A stretch of 64,000 nt of DNA from Christensenella sp. UBA7102 (GTDB lineage Bacteria; Bacillota; Clostridia; Christensenellales; UBA1750): NCBI GenBank assembly GCA_002492415.1, contig DKYK01000031.1, positions 21,629 through 85,628 on the forward strand. The letters run 5' to 3'. Below, one piece after another: positions 18,375-27,924 of this stretch. Within the stretch, counting starts at the first letter, position 1; every line of letters starts with the position of its first letter. A model generated the notes under the pieces. The model worked only from the letters and a program-made list of their open reading frames with translations, searched no databases and was not told the origin of the DNA. Both the position numbers and the translations under genes were made by a program.

Positions 18375-18404
18375 TTGACAAGCGGCGGCAGCGTAAAGTA
18401 TAAT
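18375..18404 (+). promoter_or_regulatory. sigma-A-like promoter of the HAD gene
   Basis: TTGACA (18375-18380), 18-nt spacer, TATAAT (18399-18404). Confidence 0.55.
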
Positions 18405-18447
18405 GGGAAGAAATTGGCGTTTTGCCGTCATCTTTGGAGGTCTGAAA

Positions 18448-19173
18448 ATGTACGAGGCGATATTATTCGATCTGGATGGAACGCTGCTTCCGATGGATCA
18501 GGAACAGTTTGTCCACGGCTATTTTGGCGCGCTGTGCAGGCGGTTTGCGCCTCTGGGCTATGAACCTAAGCGCTTGATCGACACCGTGTGGAAGGGAACG
18601 AGCGCGATGGTGAAAAATGACGGCGGCATGAGCAACTGCGAGAGATTCTGGCAGGTGTTCGCATCGGTCTACGGGCAGGAGAAGCTGGCGGACCGACCGC
18701 AGTTTGACGACTTTTACGCAAAGGAGTTCAACGAGGCGGCGGCGCAGACGCAGCCTACGCCGCTGGCCGACCGCTGCGTCAAGGCGCTGAAGAAAAAAGG
18801 CTATCCTGTGATCCTGGCCACGAATCCCATCTTTCCGCGCGTGGCGACGCTGGCGCGCATTGGATGGGCGAGGCTGGACGCACAGGATTTTGCGCACATC
18901 ACCACCTATGAAAACAGTGCGCGCTGCAAGCCCAATCCCGATTATTATGCTGGGATCTGCGAAGCGCAGCGGATTCATCCCGCAAAGTGCCTGATGGTGG
19001 GCAATGACTACGTGGAGGACCTGGCCGCGTCGCAGACCGGCATGGAAGTGTATCTGGCGACGGATTGTCTGATTGCGCCGGAGGGAACGGACCTGAGCGC
19101 GGTTCTGCACGGCACGCTGGCCGAGCTGTGCGCGCAGCTTGAAACCTTCCCGCCCTTCCGCGAGGGAAACTGA
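18448..19173 (+). CDS. HAD family hydrolase
   Basis: ATG 18448 (MYEAILFDLDGTLLPMD) follows a GGAGG SD. DxDGT nucleophile motif and a GNDYVEDL motif. Confidence 0.85.
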   Translation: MYEAILFDLDGTLLPMDQEQFVHGYFGALCRRFAPLGYEPKRLIDTVWKGTSAMVKNDGGMSNCERFWQVFASVYGQEKLADRPQFDDFYAKEFNEAAAQTQPTPLADRCVKALKKKGYPVILATNPIFPRVATLARIGWARLDAQDFAHITTYENSARCKPNPDYYAGICEAQRIHPAKCLMVGNDYVEDLAASQTGMEVYLATDCLIAPEGTDLSAVLHGTLAELCAQLETFPPFREGN

Positions 19174-19195
19174 GCGCAGCTTAAATTGTAAAGTA

Positions 19196-19240
19196 AAGCC
19201 GTCATCCTGCCCCCAAAGGGTCGAATGACGGCTTCTTTGT
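19196..19240. terminator. bidirectional intrinsic terminator (HAD / ATPase convergent pair)
   Basis: AAGCCGTCAT-N19-ATGACGGCTT followed by CTTTGTT. Confidence 0.7.
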
Positions 19241-19245
19241 TAAGG

Positions 19246-21921
19246 CTAGGCCTTGTGCCAGCCCATCGCCTTGGTGAACTCCACCACGGGAATCGACACG
19301 AGGGACAGCCCCAGACCCACGAAATACAGCCAGCCGGGCAGCGCAACCAGCTCGAATACCGCGGACAGCGGCGGGATGAACAGCACGGCGGCGGTCAGCG
19401 CGATGCCGACCAGAGCGGCGTTGTTCATATGGCGGTTGGAGAACACGCCCACCTTAAACAGACTTTGGTTGGTGCGCATATTGAACGCATGGAAGATCTG
19501 CGAAAGCGTCAGCACCGTGAAGGCAAGCGTCTGGCCGCCAGCGAGCGTACCGGTGACCCGTTCGCCCAGCCAGAAGGCGAAGAGCGTCAGACCGGAGAAC
19601 AGCACGCCCTGCAGGGCGACGCGCAGCCCCATGCCGTGCGCGAAAATGCTTTCATTGCGCGGCTTGGGCTTGCGGTCCATCACGTCGGACTCAACGGCTT
19701 CCATGCCGATGGCGATTGCGGGCAGAGAGTCGGTGACCAGATTGATCCACAGCAGGTGCATGGACAGCAGAGGCGACTTGTGCCAGCAGACCATCGCCAG
19801 AAACACGGTCAGGATCTCGCCGATATTGGTGCCCAGCAGGAATCCTACGGCTTTTTTGATGTTGTCATAGATGCCGCGGCCTTCCTGCACCGCGTCTACG
19901 ATGGTGGCAAAGTTATCGTCGGTCAGCGTCATGTCGGCCGCGCCCTTGGCCACGTCGGTGCCCGTTATGCCCATCGCGCAGCCGATGTCCGCGGCCTTGA
20001 GCGCGGGGGCGTCGTTGACGCCGTCGCCCGTCATGGACACGATCTCACCCTGCCGCTGCCAGGCGCGCACGATGCGGATCTTATCCTCGGGAGAGACGCG
20101 GGCGTAGACCGAAATGCCGCGCACGCGCTGATCCAGCTCGCCATCGGTCATGTTCTGCAGCTGTGCGCCGGTGACAGCTTCGTCGCCCGGCTGCAGGATG
20201 CCCAGATCCCGCGCGATGGCGCTGGCGGTGACCACATGGTCGCCGGTAATCATCACGGGTTTGATGCCGGCCCTGCGGCACTGCCTGACGGCCTCGCGCG
20301 CCTCGGGGCGCGGCGGATCGATCATACCCACCAATCCCAGCAGCGTCAACCCCTGCTCAAGCGATGCGCTCGAAGGCGTCTCGGGCACGGAATCGATCTG
20401 CTTACAGGCCACAGCCAGTACGCGCAGCGCCTGCGCGCTCATTTCATCGCAGACCGCGCGAGCCCTGTCCAGGTCGCCGCAGATACAGCGCGCGGCCAGC
20501 ACGTCAAAGGCGCCCTTGACGATGACCACGTTCTTGCCGTCGATGCGGTTGACGGTGGTCATCAGCTTGCGGTCGGAGTCAAAGGGCAGCTCGGCAAGGC
20601 GGGGATGCAGCGCGTTTAAGGCGCTTTGGGCGATGCCGTTTTTGTGTGCGGCCACGAGAATGGCCGTCTCGGTGGGGTCGCCGATGTGCTGCTCGGTTTC
20701 GCCGGAGAAATCCACCGCGCCGTCACAGCAAAGCGTGGCAAGGCGCAGAAGGCGACGCACGGCGTCGGAGTTGTCTGTGGAGATCGCCTCGGGTGCGGCG
20801 GCGCCATCGACGTAAGCGTGGGTGAGCGTCATGCGGTTCTGCGTCAGCGTGCCCGTTTTATCCGAGCAGATGACGGAAGCGGAGCCCAACGTCTCGACGG
20901 CGGGCAAGCGGCGGATGATGGCGTTCTTTTTCACCATGCGCTGTACGCCGATGGACAGCACAATGGTCACGATGGCGGGAAGCCCCTCGGGGATGGCGGA
21001 GACGGCGAGGGAAACGGCGGTCATGAAAATATCCATCACGGGCATGCCGTTTGCAAGGCCCACGACGAACACCACCGCGCACGCGGCCAGCGCCAGAATG
21101 CCCAGATACTTGCCCAGATTGGCCAGCTTTTTCTGCAGCGGAGTCTGCGAGTCCGCGCTGGAATCCAGCAGGTTGGCGATCTTGCCCATCTCGGTATTCA
21201 TGCCCGTTGCGGTGACCACGGCCGTCGCGCGGCCATAGGTAATTGAGCAGCCTGAGTAAACCATGTTGCGGCGATCGCCCAGCGGGGCGTTGGCGGCTAC
21301 ATCGGCCTGCGCATCCTTTTCGGCGGGCACGGATTCGCCCGTCAGAGCGGATTCCTCGCATTTTAAGGAAGAAGAGGCGAGAAGCCGAGCATCTGCAGGT
21401 ACAAAATCGCCGGCTTCCAGCAGAATGACATCGCCTGCAACCAGGTCTTTGGCCTCGATGATGGACTCCTTGCCGCCGCGCAGCACGCGGGCATGGGGCG
21501 CGGACAGATTTTTCAGCGCGTCGAGCGCCTTTTCCGCCCGACTCTCCTGCATCACGCCCATGATCGCATTTGCGATGACGATGGCCACGATGAGCAGAGG
21601 CTCGAAGAATTCCGACGCTTCGCCGGAGGAGCAGGCTACGGCGAAGGATACCGCCGCAGCTGCCAGCAGGATCAGAATCATCACGTCTTTGAACTGATCG
21701 AAGAAGCGCTGGGCGAAGGTCCTCTTTTTGCCTTCGCGCAGGCGGTTTTCGCCGTCGCGGGTCAGCCGTACTGCGGCCTCTTCGGGGGTTAGGCCGGTTT
21801 GCGCGTCGGTGGCAAGTTCGCGCAGCAGGTCGTTCCGTTTTGCGTCATGCGGTGTCAAAATTTCAACATCCTCCCTGTCAGTTGTTGGAATCATTGTACG
21901 GCGCGCGCGCCGCATTGTCAT
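19246..21921 (-). CDS. cation-translocating P-type ATPase (type IIA, Ca2+-ATPase-like)
   Basis: CSDKTGTLTQN phosphorylation site, TGDGVNDAPALK hinge motif, PEGLP in TM4, and an N-terminal cation-ATPase domain (GLTPEEAAVRLTRDGENRL). The start is uncertain: ATG 21921, 21915 and 21894 all lack a clear SD. The track start 22167 is rejected. Confidence 0.9.
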   Translation of the reverse strand: MTMRRARRTMIPTTDREDVEILTPHDAKRNDLLRELATDAQTGLTPEEAAVRLTRDGENRLREGKKRTFAQRFFDQFKDVMILILLAAAAVSFAVACSSGEASEFFEPLLIVAIVIANAIMGVMQESRAEKALDALKNLSAPHARVLRGGKESIIEAKDLVAGDVILLEAGDFVPADARLLASSSLKCEESALTGESVPAEKDAQADVAANAPLGDRRNMVYSGCSITYGRATAVVTATGMNTEMGKIANLLDSSADSQTPLQKKLANLGKYLGILALAACAVVFVVGLANGMPVMDIFMTAVSLAVSAIPEGLPAIVTIVLSIGVQRMVKKNAIIRRLPAVETLGSASVICSDKTGTLTQNRMTLTHAYVDGAAAPEAISTDNSDAVRRLLRLATLCCDGAVDFSGETEQHIGDPTETAILVAAHKNGIAQSALNALHPRLAELPFDSDRKLMTTVNRIDGKNVVIVKGAFDVLAARCICGDLDRARAVCDEMSAQALRVLAVACKQIDSVPETPSSASLEQGLTLLGLVGMIDPPRPEAREAVRQCRRAGIKPVMITGDHVVTASAIARDLGILQPGDEAVTGAQLQNMTDGELDQRVRGISVYARVSPEDKIRIVRAWQRQGEIVSMTGDGVNDAPALKAADIGCAMGITGTDVAKGAADMTLTDDNFATIVDAVQEGRGIYDNIKKAVGFLLGTNIGEILTVFLAMVCWHKSPLLSMHLLWINLVTDSLPAIAIGMEAVESDVMDRKPKPRNESIFAHGMGLRVALQGVLFSGLTLFAFWLGERVTGTLAGGQTLAFTVLTLSQIFHAFNMRTNQSLFKVGVFSNRHMNNAALVGIALTAAVLFIPPLSAVFELVALPGWLYFVGLGLSLVSIPVVEFTKAMGWHKA

Positions 21922-22050
21922 CGGACAAAATTGCCCAGCTGCGTAAATTTTGCTCAGGTTGCGAATGATGTTACCTTTTTGGACACTTTTCAGTTTTTGT
22001 CCATTTGGATGCGGGGCGTGGAGAGGTATGATAATAAAGGGTGATGAACA

Positions 22051-23079
22051 GTGGAAATGAACGAGCTGCGCCGGGCCATTGTGCGCTCGGCGGTGCATAA
22101 GGGGATCGAAGAAGTGCGGGAGGACCCAAAGCGCGGCGTCCGCAAGCTGGTGGATATGGGTTCTCATTTTTCAAAGGGAAGGTTCCAGAAGCAAACCTTT
22201 GCAATTATGCAGAACGAGCTGACGGACGTGAACAGCGCCTATTATGCGATGGTGATGCGTATCAGCCGCTACGTGCGGCCCGAGGCGCTGGAGGAATTTG
22301 GGCTGAATGTGGGATACAACAGCTGGACGCACGGCGCGCAGATCATCCGCGCGCACGAAGCGGAGCACGGCTACAACGTGCCCTGGTGCCTGGTGCTGGA
22401 CCTGCGGCAGAGCGCGGGCTACGATGTGGACGAATTGATGTGTCAGGGAAAAAAGCTGGGAATATATGCCTATATGGTGTTCGGCGGTAGCCGCACGCAG
22501 CTGGACGAGTTGTATCCTCTCTTTTATAAGCACAAGGACTGCGCGGTGCTGGTGATGCTGCGCACGCCTGAACTGCCGCTGGTCAACATTGAGAACGTGA
22601 ACAACGTGGCGCTGCTGGTGCCGCAGAACGAGCCGGGCGCGCGGGAGAGCGCGCAGGAACTGCAGAAGCGCGGCTGCCTGTACGGTACTTGGGTACACTA
22701 TAGCGATGGCACGGCAACCGCGGTCACGAACGGCAGTGCGGAGGCGCTGGCCGAGGAATTGGGCGCGTTTTCGCTGATAGCGGTGTCCGAGCCGGGCACA
22801 GGCACGGAAACCTGCGAGCGCGTGGCGCAATATGCGGTGAAGGAGCGGGAGCACAAGCGGTATCTGCCCTTTCTGGCGGAGTTCTTCAGTGACATCGAGC
22901 GCATCGACCGCATCATTTCCGTGGAGCCCTGTATGCTGGGCGTCAGCGCGGACGGCACGGTATTTACCGCGCAGGGAACCAACCCCAACTTGAATGTGCA
23001 GAACATCGCGCTGGAGGATGTACTGATGTGCACCATGCCGTGCGTGACCTACAAAACCGATCAAGACGCTAAGGAGTGA
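22051..23079 (+). CDS. hypothetical protein, translationally coupled to ftsH
   Basis: 342-aa ORF with host-like codon usage and no TM segment or signal peptide. Position 22051 is GTG; ATG 22057 is an alternative start. The stop lies 4 nt before the ftsH ATG, and the ftsH SD sits inside its last codons. I recognise no family. Confidence 0.7.
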   Translation: MEMNELRRAIVRSAVHKGIEEVREDPKRGVRKLVDMGSHFSKGRFQKQTFAIMQNELTDVNSAYYAMVMRISRYVRPEALEEFGLNVGYNSWTHGAQIIRAHEAEHGYNVPWCLVLDLRQSAGYDVDELMCQGKKLGIYAYMVFGGSRTQLDELYPLFYKHKDCAVLVMLRTPELPLVNIENVNNVALLVPQNEPGARESAQELQKRGCLYGTWVHYSDGTATAVTNGSAEALAEELGAFSLIAVSEPGTGTETCERVAQYAVKEREHKRYLPFLAEFFSDIERIDRIISVEPCMLGVSADGTVFTAQGTNPNLNVQNIALEDVLMCTMPCVTYKTDQDAKE

Positions 23080-23083
23080 CGAC

Positions 23084-24916
23084 ATGAAAGAAGTTAAGCC
23101 CCCAAAAAAGCCGTTGATTTTTTACTACCTGATCGTGCTGGCGATTCTGCTGGCGCTGAATCTGTTCCTCATGCCTACGCTGATGAACCGTTCCATTGAA
23201 GACGTGGGCTATTCAAAGTTCCTTTCCATGCTCTCGCAGGGAGAGGTGGGCCAGGTGCAGGTAAAAGAAGACGTGATCCTGTTTACAGACAGCGCGGAAC
23301 GTCCCCACATCTATAAGACTGGCAAAATGGAGGACCCCGATCTGGTCAATCGCCTGGAGAGCGCGGGCGTGGAGTACGAAAAAGCCATCGTCGAGCAGGG
23401 AAATCCGATTTTGGAATTCCTGCTGTCCTGGATCCTGCCCTTTGCGGTGATCATCCTGCTGGGCCAGCTGCTCTCGCGCATGATGATGAAAAAGATGGGC
23501 GGCGGCGTGGGGAATCCGGCGATGAGCTTCGGAAAGAGCAACGCGAAGGTGTATGTGCCCTCTACCACGGGCATTAAGTTCGCGGATGTGGCCGGCGAGG
23601 ACGAGGCAAAGGAAGTGCTCACTGAAATCGTGGATTTCCTGCACAACCCAAAGAAATACACCGAGATCGGCGCCAAGATGCCCAAGGGTGCGCTGCTGGT
23701 GGGGCCTCCCGGCACCGGCAAAACGCTGCTGGCCAAGGCCGTTGCGGGCGAAGCGAACGTGCCCTTTTTCTCCATCTCCGGTTCGGAATTCGTGGAGATG
23801 TTCGTGGGCATGGGCGCGGCCAAGGTGCGCGACCTGTTCCAGCAGGCCAATGAAAAGGCGCCGTGCATCGTGTTTATCGACGAGATTGACACCATCGGCA
23901 AAAAGCGCGACGGCGCAAACGGTATGGGCGGCAACGACGAGCGTGAACAGACTCTCAACCAGCTGCTGACCGAAATGGACGGCTTTGACGGCACCAAGGG
24001 CGTTGTGATATTGGCTGCGACCAACCGGCCCGAATCCCTAGATCCCGCGCTGCTGCGCCCCGGGCGCTTTGACCGAAGAGTGCCCGTGGAGCTGCCGGAT
24101 CTGGCGGGACGCGAGGCCATTCTGCGCGTGCACGCTGCAAAGGTCAAGCACGTCCCCAATCTGGATTTCAACGCTATCGCCCGCGCTGCGGCCGGCGCGT
24201 CGGGCGCGGAGCTTGCCAACATTGTCAACGAGGCCGCGCTGCGCGCCGTGCGCCAGGGTCGCAGCCAGGTGCAGCAGAGCGATATGGAGGAGAGCGTCGA
24301 GGTGGTCATCGCGGGCTACCAGAAGAAGAACAAGATACTCTCCGACAAGGAGAAACTGATCGTGTCCTATCACGAGATCGGCCATGCGCTGGTTGCGGCG
24401 CTGCAGACGCACTCCGCACCTGTGCACAAGATCACCATCATTCCCCGCACCTCCGGCGCGTTGGGCTACACCATGCAGGTGGAGGAGGGTGAGCACAACC
24501 TGATGAGCAAGACCGAGATAGAGAATAAGATCGCCACCTTTACCGGCGGTCGCGTGGCAGAGGAGTTGGTGTTCCACTCCATTACCACCGGCGCGTCCAA
24601 CGACATTGAGCAGGCCACGCGCCTGGCGCGCGCGATGCTGGCGCAGTTCGGCATGAGCGAGGAGTTTGGCATGGTGGCGCTGCAGACACAGAACAACGTC
24701 TACCTGGGCGGCGACGCGTCGCTGGCCTGCTCGCCCGAGATGGCGGCGAAGCTGGACCAGAAGGTGATTGATCTGGTCAAGCAGCAGTATGCGCGCGCAG
24801 AAAAGCTCATTTCGGAGAATATGGGCAAGCTGCACGAGCTGGCCAAGTACCTCTACGAGAAGGAAACCATCACCGGCGAGGAGTTCATGACCATATTGGA
24901 GGACAAGGCGGAGTAG
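23084..24916 (+). CDS. ftsH: ATP-dependent zinc metalloprotease FtsH
   Basis: 610 aa. N-terminal TM segment, Walker A motif GPPGTGKT, an SRH region, and the zinc site HEIGHAL. AAGGAG SD. Confidence 0.97.
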   Translation: MKEVKPPKKPLIFYYLIVLAILLALNLFLMPTLMNRSIEDVGYSKFLSMLSQGEVGQVQVKEDVILFTDSAERPHIYKTGKMEDPDLVNRLESAGVEYEKAIVEQGNPILEFLLSWILPFAVIILLGQLLSRMMMKKMGGGVGNPAMSFGKSNAKVYVPSTTGIKFADVAGEDEAKEVLTEIVDFLHNPKKYTEIGAKMPKGALLVGPPGTGKTLLAKAVAGEANVPFFSISGSEFVEMFVGMGAAKVRDLFQQANEKAPCIVFIDEIDTIGKKRDGANGMGGNDEREQTLNQLLTEMDGFDGTKGVVILAATNRPESLDPALLRPGRFDRRVPVELPDLAGREAILRVHAAKVKHVPNLDFNAIARAAAGASGAELANIVNEAALRAVRQGRSQVQQSDMEESVEVVIAGYQKKNKILSDKEKLIVSYHEIGHALVAALQTHSAPVHKITIIPRTSGALGYTMQVEEGEHNLMSKTEIENKIATFTGGRVAEELVFHSITTGASNDIEQATRLARAMLAQFGMSEEFGMVALQTQNNVYLGGDASLACSPEMAAKLDQKVIDLVKQQYARAEKLISENMGKLHELAKYLYEKETITGEEFMTILEDKAE

Positions 24917-24934
24917 TCGCCTTTTGAAGGACAG

Positions 24935-24980
24935 AGGCCCCGGGAAGCGCACAGCGCATTTCCCGGGGCCTGTCCTGTTT
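24935..24980 (+). terminator. intrinsic terminator after ftsH
   Basis: AGGCCCCGGGAA-N13-TTCCCGGGGCCT followed by a T-rich tail (GTCCTGTTTGTTT). Confidence 0.8.
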
Positions 24981-24982
24981 GT

Positions 24983-25501
24983 TTAGTTGTTTTTGTGCCC
25001 TGTTGCGCGGATGATGAGCGAGACAAAGCGCTCGGGCGTCATGCTTCCGTCACGCAGCCAGCGCTTAATGGCGCAAAGAAAGGCGTCTGTGTAAAAGGTG
25101 GTGTAGAAATCATGCGCGTCATCGTCGTCCACGACGTCGGTGTAGTGCGTCAGGATGACGGGGCTCATCATCTCGGCAAAGTAGTCGGAAAAGCTGTTCT
25201 GCCCCGTCTGCTCCAGCGCATTGACGTAGAAGGCGCGATTGGCATAGAAGTACTCGCAGACGCTCGTGAGAAAGGAGGCGCTGTCCTGCACGGAGGCATC
25301 CAGCAGGCGCTCGACGAACTCGGTGTAGAAGATCCAGTTGACCAGATCATATTTGTCCTTGAAGTGGTAGTAAAAGCTCTTGCGGTTCATACTGCACGCC
25401 TCGCAGATGTCCCCGACGCTGATCTTGGGCAGCGGACGGTCTGCCATCAGGCGCTTGAGAGCGGCAGCCAGAGCTTTTTTAGTGATGGAAGAATCCGGCA
25501 C
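24983..25501 (-). CDS. TetR family transcriptional regulator (DhaS-like)
   Basis: 172 aa. GTG start after an AAGGAGGGA SD. HTH ISVGDICEACSMNRKSFYYHFKDKYDL. Confidence 0.85.
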   Translation of the reverse strand: MPDSSITKKALAAALKRLMADRPLPKISVGDICEACSMNRKSFYYHFKDKYDLVNWIFYTEFVERLLDASVQDSASFLTSVCEYFYANRAFYVNALEQTGQNSFSDYFAEMMSPVILTHYTDVVDDDDAHDFYTTFYTDAFLCAIKRWLRDGSMTPERFVSLIIRATGHKNN

Positions 25502-25544
25502 GAGCTTCCCTCCTTGCCCGAATGATGTCCACCATTATAACAGA

Positions 25545-25593
25545 TTTTTCCTTTGGAAGAAAGGAAAAAATGATGGAGAAAAATTTTTTCTCC
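25545..25593 (-). terminator. two AT-rich hairpins immediately after the recombinase stop (terminator candidates)
   Basis: GGAGAAAAA-T-TTTTTCTCC (25575-25593) is followed on the minus strand by a T-run. The second hairpin is TTTTTCCTTT-GGAAG-AAAGGAAAAA (25545-25569). Confidence 0.55.
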
Positions 25594-25597
25594 GCCG

Positions 25598-26221
25598 TCA
25601 TATCGTGTGCTTGTAGGGATATGCTCGTTTGCGCGCAAAGCGATAGAAAGTCGAGCGCGATACAGATAGCGCGCGCGTGGCCTCCGGAATGGTCAAGTCG
25701 CCCTGCAGCCACTGGGTGTAGATGCTGTCAAAGGCCTCGGAATCCACCTTGCCCGGACGGCCAAAGCGCACGCCGCGCAGTTTGGCGGCTTCAATACCCT
25801 CCGCTTGCCGGAGGCGGATGGTTTCCCGCTCGTTCTGCGCGACAAAGGAGAGCAGCTGCAGCACCAGGTCGGCGATAAAAGTACCCAGCAAGTCCTTGGA
25901 TAGCGTGGTGTCCAGTAGCGGCATGTCCAGCACACGTATGTCCACACCGCGCAGCTTGGTCAGCTTGCGCCACTGCTCCAGAATCTCCTGATAGTTGCGG
26001 CCCAGGCGATCGATGCTCTTGATGAGCAGCAGGTCGCCGCGTTTGACGCGCCGAAGCAGCCGCTTGTAGGCTGGGCGGTTGAAATCCTTGCCGCTGAGCT
26101 TGTCCAGAAAGATGTGATCGTCGGGCAGACCGAATTCCTGTAATGCCTGCAGCTGGCGGTCCTCATTTTGTTCGCGTGTTGATACGCGCACGTAAGCATA
26201 GATTTGGCTCTGTGTTTCCAT
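25598..26221 (-). CDS. small serine recombinase (resolvase/invertase family)
   Basis: ATG 26221 (METQSQIYAYVRVSTREQNEDRQ) follows an AGGAGG SD. Catalytic Ser motif YVRVST.EQ, motifs DRLGRN and LSFVAQNERETIRLRQAEGI, and a C-terminal HTH (IPEATRALSVSRSTFYRFARK). Confidence 0.9.
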   Translation of the reverse strand: METQSQIYAYVRVSTREQNEDRQLQALQEFGLPDDHIFLDKLSGKDFNRPAYKRLLRRVKRGDLLLIKSIDRLGRNYQEILEQWRKLTKLRGVDIRVLDMPLLDTTLSKDLLGTFIADLVLQLLSFVAQNERETIRLRQAEGIEAAKLRGVRFGRPGKVDSEAFDSIYTQWLQGDLTIPEATRALSVSRSTFYRFARKRAYPYKHTI

Positions 26222-26283
26222 GGGTACAGCCTCCTTTTTTTGCATTTCTACCCACATTATGCCTGACGGGGAATGCGGATATG

Positions 26284-26319
26284 CAAAAAAAGAGCGAAGA
26301 CACCTGCGCGTCTTCGCTC
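26284..26319 (-). terminator. intrinsic terminator of the DUF1002 gene
   Basis: GAGCGAAGAC-N8-GTCTTCGCTC, with a T7 run on the minus strand (plus-strand A-run 26284-26291). Confidence 0.8.
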
Positions 26320-26347
26320 CGCAAAAGAGCTGACCGTACGTTCCGGC

Positions 26348-27226
26348 TCAGCGCTTAAACCAGCTGCCGATCCAGTTAAAGAAGCCCTGGACGGTGGTTT
26401 TGATCTGGGTAAAGATAGAGGAGGCCGTTTGCTGCGCCACCTGAATCTTCTGGATGTTGTCAATCAAACCATTGAGCTGATCGGCCAGCTGTTCGGGATC
26501 CAGGTCCAGCTTGGCAAACTCCACGCCCAGCTGTGTAATCTGATTGATCTGCGCGTCGGTCAGCTGTACGCCCAACTGCTGGGCGCCCTGCACCACGTAG
26601 GGACGCAGCGTGTCATAATCGTCCAGATGGTAGTCGGCGATGGCCTGCTTGACCATGGCCAGAAGCTCCACCGCCTCGTCCGAGCCGATGATGTCGGCAA
26701 GGTCGCCGGTCAGAACGATTTCATTGCTCGCGACAGCCTTGGCCAGCGAGGAGAGATTGCTGTCGATGGCCTGTTCATAGGCCTTGAGAATGCCCGCGAG
26801 CGCCGCCGTACCCGAGACTTCAACAGGGGCCGCGACCACAATTTTGGCGTTCTCCACCCCGGCGGTGATGAGCGCGGAGGAATACATCGAGGGCGTGACC
26901 CAGTTGATGTTGTGCGTGGTGACGGAGATGCCCGTGCCCTCGCCCGTGAGCGTCACGCGCGCAGAGGAGATGGAGCGCGAGCCGATTTTATCCGCGGATA
27001 CCACGCCGCCCAGCAGATTCTTTTCGTCTTCAATGCAGACGGCTACCAAGGTATCGTGCTCCAAGTCGGCCTCCAACAGCTTTACCACCTGCTGGAATTG
27101 CTCGCTGTCCAGATCGTCGCCATAGCAGGTGATGCTGTCGCCCACTTCGGCCGCCTGCGCCGCCATGGGCAGCAGGAACAGCGTGCAGCTTAGCAGCAGC
27201 GCCAGCGCTTTTTTCAACATTTTCAT
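26348..27226 (-). CDS. secreted DUF1002 (YpuA-like) protein
   Basis: ATG 27226 (MKMLKKALALLLSCTLFLLPMAAQA signal peptide) follows a GGAGGG SD. Blocks IGSRSISSA, VSGTAALAGILKAYE and LTDAQINQI are collinear with what I remember of B. subtilis YpuA. Confidence 0.85.
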   Translation of the reverse strand: MKMLKKALALLLSCTLFLLPMAAQAAEVGDSITCYGDDLDSEQFQQVVKLLEADLEHDTLVAVCIEDEKNLLGGVVSADKIGSRSISSARVTLTGEGTGISVTTHNINWVTPSMYSSALITAGVENAKIVVAAPVEVSGTAALAGILKAYEQAIDSNLSSLAKAVASNEIVLTGDLADIIGSDEAVELLAMVKQAIADYHLDDYDTLRPYVVQGAQQLGVQLTDAQINQITQLGVEFAKLDLDPEQLADQLNGLIDNIQKIQVAQQTASSIFTQIKTTVQGFFNWIGSWFKR

Positions 27227-27357
27227 CGCTAAATCCCTCCACATCATTGCGCTAAGGTGCCTCAATGCGTTATCATACTTTTATAAGACGCGGCAGCGGA
27301 AGAATTCGTTGCACATCTTATCCATAATCAGTTTACAGAAAAAGGAAGGAAATTGCA

Positions 27358-27924
27358 ATGGACAGAGCACAGGCTTGGGAAATTCTTACGCAGTACAACC
27401 AGAACGAGGCACTGCTGCGCCACGCACAGGCTGTGGAGGGTTGCATGCGCCATTTTGCGCAGCTGAACGGAGAGGACGAGGAGCTGTGGGGCGTGGTGGG
27501 CCTGTTACACGATGTGGACTATGAAAAGTATCCCGAGCAGCATTGCGCAAAGGCGCAGCAGCTGCTTGCCGAGCACGGCGTGGATCCTGTGATCATCCGC
27601 GCGGTGGCGTCGCATGGCTGGGGTATTTGCAGTGACGTGGAACCGGTATCGCGCATGGAGAAGACGCTGTATGCCATTGACGAGTTGACCGGGCTCATCA
27701 ACGCGGTGGCCATCATGCGCCCGAGCAGGAGCGTGATGGACCTGGAGCTCAAATCCGTCAAAAAAAAGTATAAGACGGCGAATTTTGCCGCCGGTGTCAA
27801 TCGTGCAGTGATCGAACAGGGCGCGCAGATGCTGGGCGCCACGGTGGACGAGCTGATCACCCAGTGCATACTGGGCATGCGGGAGTGCGCCGCGGCCATC
27901 GGGCTGGCGGGCCAGGAGGCGTGA
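27358..27924 (+). CDS. HD domain phosphohydrolase
   Basis: 188 aa. The motif pair H...HD is present (LLRHAQAVEGCMRHF ... GLLHDVDYE). The stop TGA overlaps the GTG start of the WYL regulator (GTGA at 27921-27924). Confidence 0.8.
   Translation: MDRAQAWEILTQYNQNEALLRHAQAVEGCMRHFAQLNGEDEELWGVVGLLHDVDYEKYPEQHCAKAQQLLAEHGVDPVIIRAVASHGWGICSDVEPVSRMEKTLYAIDELTGLINAVAIMRPSRSVMDLELKSVKKKYKTANFAAGVNRAVIEQGAQMLGATVDELITQCILGMRECAAAIGLAGQEA

Noticed and set aside
17116-18447. Possible RiPP/SCIFF-type precursor peptide next to the radical SAM/SPASM gene.
   Set aside because: The flanking intergenic regions are 75 and 126 nt and contain promoter and SD elements, but no Cys-rich small ORF. The enzyme is collinear with anSME rather than with peptide maturases.
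15931-20619. Long plus-strand ORFs 15931..17160, 17227..18378 and 19225..20619.
   Set aside because: They are antisense to fucO, the radical-SAM gene and the P-type ATPase respectively. The products are low-complexity (Gly/Arg/His/Asp-rich) and lack SDs. The opposite-strand genes carry unmistakable family motifs.
26222-27357. Invertible promoter (phase-variation switch) for the DUF1002 gene driven by the adjacent recombinase.
   Set aside because: I found no pair of inverted repeats of 15 bp or more bracketing a promoter-sized segment on either side of the DUF1002 gene. The only inverted repeat (11 bp) has arms 35 bp apart and overlaps a terminator U-tract.
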